In this document: positions 9,897 through 24,865 of the stretch, piece after piece
Position numbering within the stretch: the first letter of the stretch is position 1
How the letters are laid out: each line of letters opens with the position of its first letter
Assembly (NCBI GenBank): GCA_965219415.1
Contig: CBDCNP010000002.1
Span: 3,040,001-3,104,000, forward strand
DNA: 64,000 nt
Reading direction: 5' to 3'
Source of the DNA: Candidatus Marinacidobacterales bacterium
GTDB taxonomy: Bacteria; Acidobacteriota; Vicinamibacteria; Marinacidobacterales; DATDRI01
Notes under the pieces: model-generated
What the model was told of the DNA's origin: nothing
The model's input: the letters and a program-made list of their open reading frames with translations, nothing else
Database searches by the model: none
Program-made: the position numbers and the translations under genes

Positions 9897-10928
9897 ATGA
9901 AAGATACGACAATCGCTGTGGATCTTGCAAAGAACGTCTTCGAGATTGCCATCTCGGGAGAAGCGGGGAAGGTGTCCAAGCAACTCCGTGTGAGTCGACC
10001 CAAATTGGTGTCGTTCTTTGCCAAACAGAGCGCTGCCACCGTGCTTCTCGAAGCCTGCGGCTCGGCTCACTTCTGGGCAAGGACGTTCCGAAGGTTGGGA
10101 CACGACGTCGTCCTGCTCCCACCTCACCTCGTGAGGCCGTATCGACGCGGGAGCAAGAACGACCGCGCCGACACGAAGGCGTTGCTCGAGGCCTACAGGA
10201 ACGAGGAGCTTCTTCCCGTACCCATCAAGTCCGTGCACCAGCACACCCTCGCTGCGCTCCATCGCCTGCGCTCAGGATGGCTCTCCACACGGACCGCACG
10301 CATCAATGCCGTACGCGGGCTCCTGCGCGAACTCGGATTCATCATCCCAAAGGGCGCTCACTTCGTCGTGCCCGCCCTCTTCGAACTCGTCGAAGACGCT
10401 GATTCTGATTTGCCCGACGTGCTCCGTTCGCATCTCCGTGATGCCTGCTCCGAGATTCGAGAACTCAAGGACAAGTGCGCTAGCATCGAGCACGAGCTCA
10501 AGGCGCTCACCAAGCAGCTTCCTGAAGTCCAACGACTTCTCGCCATTCCCGGCATCGGACTTCTGGCCGCGACCGCCATCGTGGGCTTCGTCGGCGATCT
10601 TCGCCGCTTCCCATCGGGGCGCCGCTTCTCGAGCTACCTCGGCCTAGTTCCCAAGGAAAACTCCAGTGGCGACATTCGCCGCCTCGGACGCATCACCAAG
10701 CGTGGCGACTCCTACCTCCGTATGCTCCTCACCCAGGGCGGGCGCGCCGTGCTCCGCGCGGCGAACGTCAGCAAGAGCCCGCCCGACAAGCTCCGCGCCT
10801 GGGCTCGGAAGGTCCACCGCTCGCGGGGACACAACAAGGCCGTGATTGCTGTCGCCAACAAACTCGCCCGGATCGTCTGGGCCGTCTCCACCCGCGAGAG
10901 TGAATTCCAGTCGCCGGTGGCCGCTTAG
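9897..10928 (+). CDS. IS110 DEDD recombinase/transposase
   Basis: AVDLAKNVF, LEACG, KNDRAD, IPGIG, YLGLVPKENSSG, ITKRGD; GGAGG RBS. Confidence 0.95.
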   Translation: MKDTTIAVDLAKNVFEIAISGEAGKVSKQLRVSRPKLVSFFAKQSAATVLLEACGSAHFWARTFRRLGHDVVLLPPHLVRPYRRGSKNDRADTKALLEAYRNEELLPVPIKSVHQHTLAALHRLRSGWLSTRTARINAVRGLLRELGFIIPKGAHFVVPALFELVEDADSDLPDVLRSHLRDACSEIRELKDKCASIEHELKALTKQLPEVQRLLAIPGIGLLAATAIVGFVGDLRRFPSGRRFSSYLGLVPKENSSGDIRRLGRITKRGDSYLRMLLTQGGRAVLRAANVSKSPPDKLRAWARKVHRSRGHNKAVIAVANKLARIVWAVSTRESEFQSPVAA

Positions 10929-10974
10929 ATTTAGAGGCTCCACTTTCGTGTTTTCCTTTTTCCCTTCCAAAAGA

Positions 10975-11160
10975 GGCTGCGACGATACCCATCCAACTGA
11001 TGGCGTACCGGTCGGACCGGCGCGGGGTCAAGCCAATAGCAACACTGGCCCTAAGAGGTCGTTCAAAGTGATTGGCTCCTCGCGCGCGGATTTTCCATCA
11101 TGGCCCGGAGCACCCAAGACGCTCCTCACTGAGGCCGAAGATACGTTTGCAGTCTGACCC
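10975..11160 (+). ncRNA. Bridge RNA / seekRNA of the IS110 element (boundaries approximate)
   Basis: Stem AGCCAAT/ATTGGCT encloses target-matching segments; second loop carries TTCCATCAT and AGATACG, matching the circle junction. Confidence 0.8.
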
Positions 11161-11486
11161 ACTCGTCACGACGCGATGGATGCGCAGCTTCGATGGAAGA
11201 TTTATTAAGAAAGGGGCGTGACTAGAAAGAAAGGGGCTTGACTAGAGGAGTCCAGATATGTTGCTACGCCGTGTTTGAATGCTAGTGTCAGCTGGCCTGC
11301 CTGTGTCGGCGAACGCCATTAACAATGATGTCGGCGTGCACACCAAGGTGTCTCTGAACGTCAGGCACCGTGTGGTCAGCCCAGCCCGCATCGTCGAAAG
11401 AACTGCGTCTCTCGAAATCGGGCCCCCAAACTCTAGCACACGAGCAGGTTACGCGGCAGCCACCAACACTTGATGGCGGAAGCACC

Positions 11487-11681
11487 CAATGACTCCGGTG
11501 TGGTCGAGAGCGAGAAACCAGGGACCGGAAGGCCCTGTCGCTGAGAGGTGGATGGTCCCCTTCGCAGTGGTGGAGTCGTAGCGCACCCACCCAGCCTCTT
11601 CTCCCAAGGGGCGGCGATAGCCGTTCTGCCAGGCGGCTTTCCGGCATTCCTCAGCAACAACGAAGCCTTGAGGTATTTCGA

Positions 11682-11685
<4 letters not shown>
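11487..11685 (-). pseudogene. N-terminal fragment of the fourth gene of the helicase-methylase operon (possibly HNH nuclease)
   Basis: GTG start overlaps the methylase TGA; EECRKAAWQNGYRR... cut by the MITE; nuclease call is from recollection of similar N-termini only. Confidence 0.45.
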
Positions 11686-15683
<3,998 letters not shown>

Positions 15684-15686
15684 GGC

Positions 15687-18452
15687 TCACGCCTCGCTCG
15701 GCAACAGAACGAAGAGGCCGATGACGTCAGGGGGCTGGACGCCTTCCACGCTCACGCGCGATGCCGACCCTGCAGCCGCCCGCAGTCTGGCATGGTCTTC
15801 CGCAAGCTTATCAGCACGCACGCGTACGAACTCGCCGATGGGACCGGCCACGAGGTCGGGCAGATCTTCCTGCGCGCGTTGGATGAACCGATCCCTTGCC
15901 GTTGGAGCCAGATCGGCAGCGGCGGGTGTGTCGAGGAGCGTCTTTGCGGCATCGCCCGATGCGACAATGGTGCCGTCGTGCAAGGCGACCAGCGCGGCTT
16001 CTTCCGCGAGCAGCAGGCGTTCCTTTCGGGCATGGATTGTGAGCTTGAAGCGAAGCCTCAGAAGCGCGATCCACGTCACGCGTTCAACGGCTGGGGTCGG
16101 CCATGCACCCACACGACCGATTCCAAGGTTGGCGAGCGTTTCGGGGTCGAGCGATGCCTCGACAAGCGCCTCCGCAAGGGTTGCGGTGAGGGGGTGGGTC
16201 CGTGTGAGAAGCGCTGTCCCTGAGGGGGCTGGCTCGGACGGGGCAAGCCGCACAGACCGGGACATACCTTGTTGCGCCAGGCGCTCGCGCAGTCCGGCTT
16301 CGAGCGCATGAACGTGGGCCACGAGGACCGACCTCCGTGGCTCCAGGGGGACGCCAAAACGCGACATGGTGCGTTCGATGAAGGTGCGAGCTGCCTCCGG
16401 CGAACCGAGGAAGCTTGCAGCCTTTTTCCATTCGGGAGCCACTTCTTGCGGCTTCATAGCGTTCTGGGCGAAGCGAGTCCGGGAGCGTTTCTCCTTCTCC
16501 GAGACGTCGCGCCAACGGGTTTCGACGAGGCGAGCACCGTCCTTGAGACGCAGATCGAGTGTCATCTGCTCCCTACCGCCCTGGCGAAGCATCATCGAAG
16601 CCATGAGGGCATCGGTGACGGGACCCCGTTCGTCCGGGAGGGGCACGGTCACGCCAGTCACCTTACGGATCTCCTCGGCCTTGCGCAGGATGACGTCCAG
16701 GACGGCACCGTCGATCGCGCTCGCCGGCGAGAACATCATGATCGAATGGACGAGTTCGGCGGGCTGGCCGAAACGGTCGACGCGACCCTCCCGCTGCTGA
16801 TGGCGGGTCGGATTCCACGAAAGATCGTAATGAACCACCGTGTCGAAGAGCTGCTGGAGATTGATCCCCTCCGACAAGCAGTCGGTAGCGACCAGAATAC
16901 GCTGGACCTCTTTCTCGTCTTCCGCAGGCGCCATATCGGCGACCCGGTCCCGTCGCTCGTCCGGTGTGAGCACTCCGGTGATGGCCTCGACGCGCAACTT
17001 CGGGAAGGATTTCCGCAGGCCGTTGCGAACGTGCTCTGCCGTGGCAAGATACCGGCAGAAGACGACCGGGTTCGCGCCCTTCTTCAGGAGGGGAGTGAGG
17101 ACACCGACCAGCGCCTCGAGCTTCGGATCGGGCTCCTTCGTCAGGCGTTCAGCGTGCCGGACAAGGCTCAGGAGGGCAGGATCCGCATCGAACGCCACGC
17201 TCGGCTCGATGTCGACGGCGTCCTCGTCATCCCCATCCTCGTCGTAGATCTGAGACTCTAGACGCTCGGCTTCATGCGTCATGCGGTTACGCAGTGCGCT
17301 CAGAGCTGCGGTAGGTGACGAGCCGACGCAACGCATCAATGCCAGCGTTCCCCAGAACGCCAGTCGGCGCTCGCGCTGGCTGGTTCCTGCACGGGAGACC
17401 ACGCCCAGGCAATAGTCGAGGACGGCTTCCTGGAAATCGAGATAGGCTTTTGACAGTGGATAGGGCGTCTCCGTAGTTTCGTGCTTCGGGAAGGCACGCT
17501 CCTCACCCCACTCGCCAGATACCAAATCGATTCTTCGCCGCTGCACGAAGTGACGGGCCAGGCGCTCCCGGTAACGGGCGTCGTCGAAGCTCATGGAGGC
17601 AAATTCCAGGTCGACCAGGGACAGAAGGCGTGAGAACGCCTCCTCATCACCCGAATGCGGCGTGGCTGTCAGCAGGATCATGCGCCGTTGCGGATCGCGG
17701 GCGAGACCTTGGAGAAGTGCAAACCGCTGCTGCTTACCTTTATGAGTGCCCACGCAGGCATGGGCCTCATCCACGATCACGAAGTCGGGACAAGCCCGGG
17801 CGAATCCCTCTCGCCGCTTCTCAGCCTTGATGTAGTCCAGGCTGACCACCGTGTAGGGATAGGCATCGAAAAGCGTCTGCGCAACGGGCAGGCCACGCTC
17901 CAGGCGCGCGGCCGAGCCCGATGTGACCGCTACGGGGTCAATACCGAAGCGGGATTTCAGTTCGAGCACCCATTGTTCGACGAGGTGAGGCGGGCATAGG
18001 ACCGAGAAGGCATCGACCTCGCCGCGATCCAAGAATTCCCGAAGGATGAGACCAGCTTCAATCGTCTTGCCGATGCCCACGTCATCCGCTATCAAGAGGC
18101 GAGGCACTTGGAGGCGAAGCGCCATCAGCAGCGGCACAAGCTGATAGGTCCGTGGCTCGAAAGCGAGCTGCGCTGCTGAGCGGAAAGGACCGGCCCCGCG
18201 CCGGAGAGTGAGGCGAAGCGCATCGGCAAGAAGAGCCGCCTTCGACTGGACCGTTGGAACGGCGTTTTCGGGCAGGTAGAAGCGGGCAGGTCCGACGGGC
18301 TCGCTCTCGAGCCGGGGGTCGAGAAGAACGGTGTCCTTCTCGTTGCCGGAAAGGGGGCGAAGCGCGAGTAGGTGGTCTCGGGGTGCTGGTAAGGCAACCC
18401 ATTCCCGACCCCGGGCACGGACAAGGTCGCCTGGAGCAAAGGAAAGAGGCAT
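15687..18452 (-). CDS. SNF2-like helicase (DrmD-like)
   Basis: LLIADDVGIGKT, DEAH, LLTATPH, SEGINLQ, WNPTRHQQREGRVDR. Confidence 0.9.
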   Translation of the reverse strand: MPLSFAPGDLVRARGREWVALPAPRDHLLALRPLSGNEKDTVLLDPRLESEPVGPARFYLPENAVPTVQSKAALLADALRLTLRRGAGPFRSAAQLAFEPRTYQLVPLLMALRLQVPRLLIADDVGIGKTIEAGLILREFLDRGEVDAFSVLCPPHLVEQWVLELKSRFGIDPVAVTSGSAARLERGLPVAQTLFDAYPYTVVSLDYIKAEKRREGFARACPDFVIVDEAHACVGTHKGKQQRFALLQGLARDPQRRMILLTATPHSGDEEAFSRLLSLVDLEFASMSFDDARYRERLARHFVQRRRIDLVSGEWGEERAFPKHETTETPYPLSKAYLDFQEAVLDYCLGVVSRAGTSQRERRLAFWGTLALMRCVGSSPTAALSALRNRMTHEAERLESQIYDEDGDDEDAVDIEPSVAFDADPALLSLVRHAERLTKEPDPKLEALVGVLTPLLKKGANPVVFCRYLATAEHVRNGLRKSFPKLRVEAITGVLTPDERRDRVADMAPAEDEKEVQRILVATDCLSEGINLQQLFDTVVHYDLSWNPTRHQQREGRVDRFGQPAELVHSIMMFSPASAIDGAVLDVILRKAEEIRKVTGVTVPLPDERGPVTDALMASMMLRQGGREQMTLDLRLKDGARLVETRWRDVSEKEKRSRTRFAQNAMKPQEVAPEWKKAASFLGSPEAARTFIERTMSRFGVPLEPRRSVLVAHVHALEAGLRERLAQQGMSRSVRLAPSEPAPSGTALLTRTHPLTATLAEALVEASLDPETLANLGIGRVGAWPTPAVERVTWIALLRLRFKLTIHARKERLLLAEEAALVALHDGTIVASGDAAKTLLDTPAAADLAPTARDRFIQRAQEDLPDLVAGPIGEFVRVRADKLAEDHARLRAAAGSASRVSVEGVQPPDVIGLFVLLPSEA

Positions 18453-18457
18453 TTCGG

Positions 18458-21400
18458 TCAGTCTCTCAATGCCGCAATCAATTCGGCCGGCAGGCCTTCG
18501 GATGAGTCGGCCGGCAGTTCGAAGAGGCTCCATCCCCGGTCGTCCGCTGCGGCCTTCACCGCCTCCGGAATAACGCCCGCTCTCGCGGCAACGTAATGGC
18601 TATGCCAGGTGAAAGGGAACGAAACATCGGCAAGGGTTAGATGCCTTGCGTCCGGCGCGGGGATGCCATGTTGGTCGAAGACCTCCGACCAGCCGCCCTC
18701 AGTCACAGTGCCTTCCGGCGCAGTCGCGAGCACGACCTTTCCTCGCGCGAGATCAATCAGCAGCTGCTGTACCGCGACGCTGGCACGGTCGATCAACTCG
18801 TGATCGGGCTGGTTGAAATAGGACAGAAGACAACGATAACAGCCCCGCACGCAGGCTTCTTCGCGTTCCTTGAGAAGGTTCGGGTCGTCTGCGGCGATGG
18901 CGGCATCGACCTCGTCGAAATGCATAAGTTCGAGGGCTTGCCTCGCAACCTGGTTCAGTGCATCCGGATCTTCAATCAGGCGGCTCAGCACGCCCGCACC
19001 GCCCTCGCTTGCCTCATAGGCAAAGACAGCGCGCCGGTTATCCCGGCTGGGTAATGGCTCTCCAAGAATTTCGCCTTCCTCAAGCTGGAAGACCACCGCG
19101 ATACCCCGCATCAGGGCATGCTGGAGTGTGGCGATGGTGCTCTGGTCATGGCTATCTTCGAACCGAAACAAGAGGGCATTTTTCCGATCCCGAACAATCG
19201 GAACGATCCGCACCAGCCTGACCACATCGGGCCGAACCTCAACGTCCTCTGGATCCTCATCCTCAGTCTTGGCCCAGTATCCCGTGCGGGGATCGATCAC
19301 GAATCCGAGCACAGTCTTGTTGCGGCGCCGCTTCAAGCCTTTGTTGATCCGACTTATTTCTGCGCTGTTGGCGTATTGCAATTTCATCAGAGGCGTATCC
19401 CCGACTTGAAATTCAGCCTCAGTGACCTCGACACGCCCGTGCTTTCTCGGCCATGCGAAAACGGTCTGAATCTCGAAGCCCTGGCGAATCCGTTCCTCGT
19501 CATTGGCGGTGATACGCTCGGTCGGAGCCGCTTCGACATTGTCGATCCTGAGCGTGCGTTTGACCGGCATCGCTCCAGCCATCGGGAACTGGCAGGCGTG
19601 ACAGCGCTCGACTTCGCCATTGTGAGCTCCACCACAGTTCGGACAGATCACGATGTCCTGCGTCGCAAGCTGCTGACCATCAGCGGTCCGGACTTCGGGA
19701 GGCAGTTTCGCCTTGACGACCCGAAATGCGCGGCCTTCATGATAGATGAGACTGCGAGGGCCGAACTCGGAGATAGCAAGAAAGCGGGAGCGCTGCAGGT
19801 AGGAACCCGACTTGCCCTCGCCCGGAATGAAGGCGTAAAGCGGCAGCCTGGGAAAATTGTAGCCGGGAAGAAACCCTTCGGTCGCAAGGTAACGGTAAGA
19901 ATAGAAGTCCGAGCCGTGGGTTGACTTGCCTCGTTCAAGAAGGGTGATCTGATCCGTGGCCTGCACCTGTGCAGCCTTGATCTTGCGCCGCTCAGCCCCG
20001 GATAATCCTGTCATCTCAGACCGCTTGTTGGCCTCAGACAGTTGCGTGCGCGCGGAGTGATAGAGTTCACGCCATCGGTCGAAGGCGCTGTTGAATTCGG
20101 CCGGTGCCTGGGTAGCAACCTCCTTTACATAATCATCCGGGTCATCTATCCAGAGAGGCTTCCTCTCACCGACTGATGTGAGGATTTGCTCAAGGACACG
20201 GCGCAGCCGGGCGCAGGCCTTGTCCACCAGGGCGGGATCCCGGATGACCCCCAAAATCTCGTCCCTGAGGGGATAGCCTGGTTTCTGGAGGTCGAGGATT
20301 TCGGGAATGTCCGGCGACAGAGCCAGCCCCGCTGTGGCAAGCCAGACCGCCTGTAGATGAGAAGTGATTAGGTTCTTGTTGGTGATGTCGAGTGCTGGCG
20401 GGCGAACCGCACCGGCCACCATGTCGATGCGCCGCTCGAAAAAATACTGATCATGCGGCGACTGGGCCGCACAGTAAGTGAAGATCAAGGCCGCCTGTCC
20501 TGACCGGCCCGCACGGCCCGCACGCTGCACATAATTGGCGGGCGTAGGCGGCACATTGCGCAGATAGACCGTATTCAACGCCGAGATATCGACCCCCAGT
20601 TCCATGGTCGGCGTACAGAACAACGCGGGGAGAAGCTGTTTCGACTCCCCGCTGGCCTTGATTTCGGCTTCGCACTCCGCGATCCGTGCTCGGTCGTCGG
20701 CTTCAAAGCGGAAACGCCATTCCCGCCATTCCCGTTGCTTATAGTTCACCTGGGCCGTATGCTCCCGGCTCTCCATGCCGAACAACGAGCTGGTGTTTGC
20801 CGCGAGATCGTTGGCAACTCGGGTATAGAGGCCGTGGAAGTATGGATTGCCGACAGCCGCTGCGCTCCGAGTAGCTTTACCTGCAATCAGTCGAATGGCT
20901 GAGGGTGATAGACGCCACCCTTGAAGTTCGCCTTCACTGGCCGTCAAAGTCACAAGCCCTTCTGCGGCCAGGATGCCAAGGAGATTGGTAAGGAAGGTGA
21001 TGTAGTCGTCCCCACCAAGCTTGGTACCGATGATGCTCTCATGGTTAATGAGGCGCGCTATGCGCGAACGCGGACCCGCGCGAAGGATCATCCGTTCTTC
21101 ACGCAGACTGGTAAGTTTCTTGCCAGGGGCTTTCAGGAAGAGGGTGGTGCGCTCCCGCGTTGTTTCCTTGTCATCGATGCTCCAGGGAGCCCGCAGGACC
21201 GACCGCGATCTCTGGGCAACGGTGTCCAGAACGGCAAGATCGAGCGCCTCGGTATCAACGGCCAAGCCTTCGAGCATGGCGGTTAGCAAAATCCTGATGA
21301 CCTTCTTGCGAGCGTCATGATCCAGAGAGTCGAGTTCAGGCAGAATAGCCGCGAGTCTCTCCACGTCTGCGGCCACGTCGTCGAGCCCAACGAAGTCCAC

Positions 21401-22959
21401 CTCGATCAACTTCAATGTCGACAGGTTCGGATTGGTGAAACGCCAACCCCGACGCAAATCAATCCAAACCCGGTGCGCGAGCACCTTGGCTAACGCCCGC
21501 TCTGCGTCGCTGCGAACCACGGCCCCTGCCTCCGGGCTCAACATCCAGTGCACCCGCAGCGCCGTGTTCGCACCCGTAAAACCCAAGGCCCGCTGAACAC
21601 GGAAGCCAAACTCGTCATCCCGCAGACCATCCTCACCGGCATCGAGAACAGCTCGCAGGATGGCTCCACGCAGAAGACTCACGAACAGAAAATCGTTGAA
21701 ATGCCCCACTTGAAGCGCAGCGTCCTGGCGGTTGTCGGTGAAACCAAGCAGTTTCCGCTTATCCTCGGGAACCGCATTGTTGGATTGGTTCAACCACTCG
21801 AGAGCGCTCGAGACGAGAAGCGTAGTCGCCGAGCTTCGCCCTTCGGCGGTAAGACCCGCAAGCTTGCTGCGCTCGCGCATGCGGCCTTGCGGTTCGTCGA
21901 GACAACGGGCACAAAAGCCGAATTTGCCGGGGATGAACCAGAAGGGCTCACCGTCGTCGTCGAGATGACCGCTACCCGCGACTCTCACCTTCCTCGGTAC
22001 GCGGTTTTTCCGGTACGGCCGCAGTTTGAGTAGCTCCTTGCGCTCTTCCGTCCAGCCTTCCGGAAAGTTCTCGAGCGTGCCGTCGAACCGGTAGTCCGGA
22101 TCCCCGAGACCGGCCGGCGTCAGATACCCGGCAACTTCCGTATCGTCGTCTCTCTCGATTGGAATGTCTTCGATATTGCGCGGCAAGAAGAGCACACCAT
22201 CTTCCTGCTCCGTTCTCGTCACCACGTAGTACTCCTGACCGCACTGGCGGCAGAAGCGAATGGGATAGAGCCGGGTTCCAGGAGCATCGGGATCCTCGAG
22301 CTGTCCCTCGAGCAAAACGGTTCGCTGCTTCAAACGCAATGTTGCGAAGATGTCACCTGCTCCCGCGATGAAACGATGCAGCTTGAAGGCCATAAACGCG
22401 TGTTCGCCACTACCACCCCGATCCTTATCAGGGAGGCTGATGCGAGTCAGGAAGTTCTCCAGCACCTCACTGCAGCGCTTGGGGTCGATTCCGCTATCCT
22501 GGGCAAGCAACTTGGTAGCTTCGACAAAAGTTATTGGCCGTCGCCGCTTGAGAATCTGGCCATCCTCCAGACCGAGCACCAGTTCCACCCAGACCGCCAG
22601 CGGATGAGTGACTAATTCTGCATCGGTCAGCCGTTCGGGAAGGTCTCTCTCGAGTACATTCGCGAGCTTCGGAACAACGTCTGCGCGCGCGAGACGATCA
22701 TCCGTGGCCCGGCGCAGCGACTCGTCGATCACTCCGTCTGGGCCGATCGAGGTTCCAAACAGACGTGAAACCACCTTCGAGACTTCCAAGGCACGGCTGG
22801 CACCACTGCCTTCGCTGGACATCGTCGCAGAAGTCCCTATACAAAGTGGAGCCTTGTTAGGCGTACAGCGATCGCGTAGCCGACGAACAAGAATGGCAAC
22901 GTCAGCGCCCTGGCGGCCGCGGTAGGTATGCAACTCGTCCAGGACGATGAACTCAAGCC
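18458..22959 (-). pseudogene. DEAD/DEAH helicase with C-terminal DUF1998, 5'-truncated
   Basis: Begins at LDELHTYRG (motif I missing); TPTMELGVDI; YVQRAGRAGR; CVRGCYRCLLSY zinc motif; cut by a family B IS at 22960. Confidence 0.88.
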
Positions 22960-24245
22960 TGTGCATCGTCAAAACTGCTCCGCCCACGAAATCAAGGACT
23001 TACGCTCCGCTTGAATTCCGGGCCGAAGACGGCGAAACTCCGCCGCTATGCTCAACGTTGTTGTCTTCCTCGTCTCACTTGGCGTCCGTGCCATTCGGGC
23101 GATGTGTCGGCGCCGCGCCGACCTGGTGTTGGAGAACGTCGCTTTGCGGCAGCAAGTGACGGCGCTGAAGAAAGAGCGCCCACGCCCACCGCTCGACGAC
23201 ACGGAACGGGCTTTCTGGGTTGCCCTTCGAGGTTCGTGGCCCGTGTGGGCGAGCCGCCTGCTCATCGTCCACGCGGACACCGTAGCCCGTTGGCATCGCG
23301 ACCGATTCCGACGGTACTGGGCAAAGATCTCGCAGCGCCGCCATCCCGGTCGGCCTCGGATTGATGCCGAGATTCGTCGCCTCGTCCGCACGATGGCGCA
23401 AGACGGCTGGGGGGCGCCACGCATCCATGCTGAGCTCACCAAGCTCGGTTTCATCATCTCCGAGAGCACGGTGTCGCGATACCTGCCGCGGCGTCCCGCG
23501 GAGCCCGACCAGCTGAAACGATGGATGGCTTTCTTGCGCAACCATAAAGACGATATCGCCGCCATGGATCTGTTCACCGTGCCCACCGCGTCGCTCCGGC
23601 TGCTGTACGGCTTCTTCGTCATCGAGCACGGTCGCCGGCACATCGTTCACTTCAACGCCACGTTCCACCCGACGTCTGCTTGGGTTATTCAGCAACTACG
23701 CGAGGCGTTTCCCTACGACACCGCTCCGAGATATCTCCTCTTCGATCGCGACTTCATCTTTAACGCAGCGGTCATCGAGTTCATCAAGGCAACGGGCACA
23801 AAACCCGTTCGCACTTCGTTTCGCAGCCCATGGCAAAACGGAACCGCGGAGCGGTGGGTCGGCAGCTGCCGTCGCGAGCTCCTTGAGCACGTCGTGGTTC
23901 TCGGTGCATGTCATCTCATCCGGCTCGTGCGAGCTTACATCAGCTACTATCATGAGGACCGTTGCCACTTGGGGCTGAACAAGGACACACCGAGCTTGAG
24001 AACGGTCACGCACCGACCGTCTCCTACGGCGAAAGTAGTCGCACTGCCGCGAGTCGGTGGACTGCACCATCGATACGAGTGGCGAGAGGCAGCCTGAGTC
24101 AGCTTGGTCGCTCGCGTTACTCGGCTGGTCGCCGAGAAGTTCGTCCTCAGCACCTTCCCTCGCGCCCTGACCACGCTCTCCAGCATGTGCTCGAGGGCGG
24201 TCCGGGCCCTAGAGTCCAGTCCCGGATTAATAATGATGATGGACA
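22960..24245 (+). mobile_element. Family B IS (rve integrase-type, TGT...ACA ends), intact
   Basis: Imperfect TIRs TGTGCATCGTCAAAA and TAATGATGATGGACA flank an intact transposase. Confidence 0.88.
23048..24097 (+). CDS. Integrase-core (DDE) transposase
   Basis: WGAPRIHAEL, MDLFTV, FDRD, SPWQNGTAERW. Confidence 0.92.
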   Translation: MLNVVVFLVSLGVRAIRAMCRRRADLVLENVALRQQVTALKKERPRPPLDDTERAFWVALRGSWPVWASRLLIVHADTVARWHRDRFRRYWAKISQRRHPGRPRIDAEIRRLVRTMAQDGWGAPRIHAELTKLGFIISESTVSRYLPRRPAEPDQLKRWMAFLRNHKDDIAAMDLFTVPTASLRLLYGFFVIEHGRRHIVHFNATFHPTSAWVIQQLREAFPYDTAPRYLLFDRDFIFNAAVIEFIKATGTKPVRTSFRSPWQNGTAERWVGSCRRELLEHVVVLGACHLIRLVRAYISYYHEDRCHLGLNKDTPSLRTVTHRPSPTAKVVALPRVGGLHHRYEWREAA

Positions 24246-24247
24246 GC

Positions 24248-24508
24248 CTAAGGGAGTGGATCGATCCGACCGGGAGCCTCGAAACTTCGGGCTCGCTTCC
24301 AAGCTCTCATGAGCTCATCCTGATGTTGAGAGGCCCACTCCACAACGAGACCGGTCGCGCGAGCGGGAAGGCGGCCTGCCGTCAGCGATAGCGTCTCGAT
24401 GGCAAAGAGAGCCTCGTCGGACCCGTAATACGCATGGAAATGAGGAGGGGCATGATCGTTGAAGAACATCCGCACGACGATGCCATAAAACCGGCTTAGC
24501 TCAGGCAT
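24248..24508 (-). CDS. DUF4160 domain protein (putative toxin)
   Basis: MPELSRFYGIVVRMFFNDHAPPHFHAYY signature. Confidence 0.9.
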   Translation of the reverse strand: MPELSRFYGIVVRMFFNDHAPPHFHAYYGSDEALFAIETLSLTAGRLPARATGLVVEWASQHQDELMRAWKRARSFEAPGRIDPLP

Positions 24509-24785
24509 CTACATCGGCGACCGATATTCGAGGGAAAACCTCCTCCGGCTTCTTTCCGGTTAGCTCGAGGTAGATGCTGTCCGGGCATAGCTCGATGTCT
24601 TTGTTCCACGCGATGCTTCCGTGGGGGCTCACGTGGACGGTCTCGAAGAATGCAGGATCACTCCACGACGAGAATATGCCCTTGCCGACGAAGGGAATGA
24701 GGTCCACCTCGCCTTCGGTGCCATCCTCGTAACGCACCCAAATCTGGTATTTGGGCAGCGCTCGAACTTCGCGAACCTTCAACAT
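24501..24785 (-). CDS. DUF2442 domain protein (putative antitoxin)
   Basis: IWVRYEDGTEGEVDL...IAWNKDIELCPDSIY; overlaps the DUF4160 gene. Confidence 0.85.
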   Translation of the reverse strand: MLKVREVRALPKYQIWVRYEDGTEGEVDLIPFVGKGIFSSWSDPAFFETVHVSPHGSIAWNKDIELCPDSIYLELTGKKPEEVFPRISVADVDA

Positions 24786-24865
24786 GCCCACATTGTAGCA
24801 CCTCCCGGGCATGTCGAGAGCTGAGCGCGGCGGTGCTATTTCCGAGACTGGATCCTCCGAGATCC

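Larger units (their letters stand above)
9816..11260 (+). mobile_element. IS110-family element, IS1111 group
   Basis: Subterminal IRs TGGACTCCTC (9822-9831) and GAGGAGTCCA (11245-11254); long 3' non-coding region; TG core at both junctions; ends defined by comparison with the empty site. Confidence 0.92.
9796..11486. mobile_element. Family A 244-bp MITE interrupted by an IS110 element
   Basis: 9796-9815 joined to 11261-11486 reconstitutes a near copy of the intact MITE at 57996-58239. Confidence 0.9.

Noticed and set aside
22957-24248. GCC as a target duplication of the family B element
   Set aside because: Only 3 bp, and the two flanks belong to unrelated genes.
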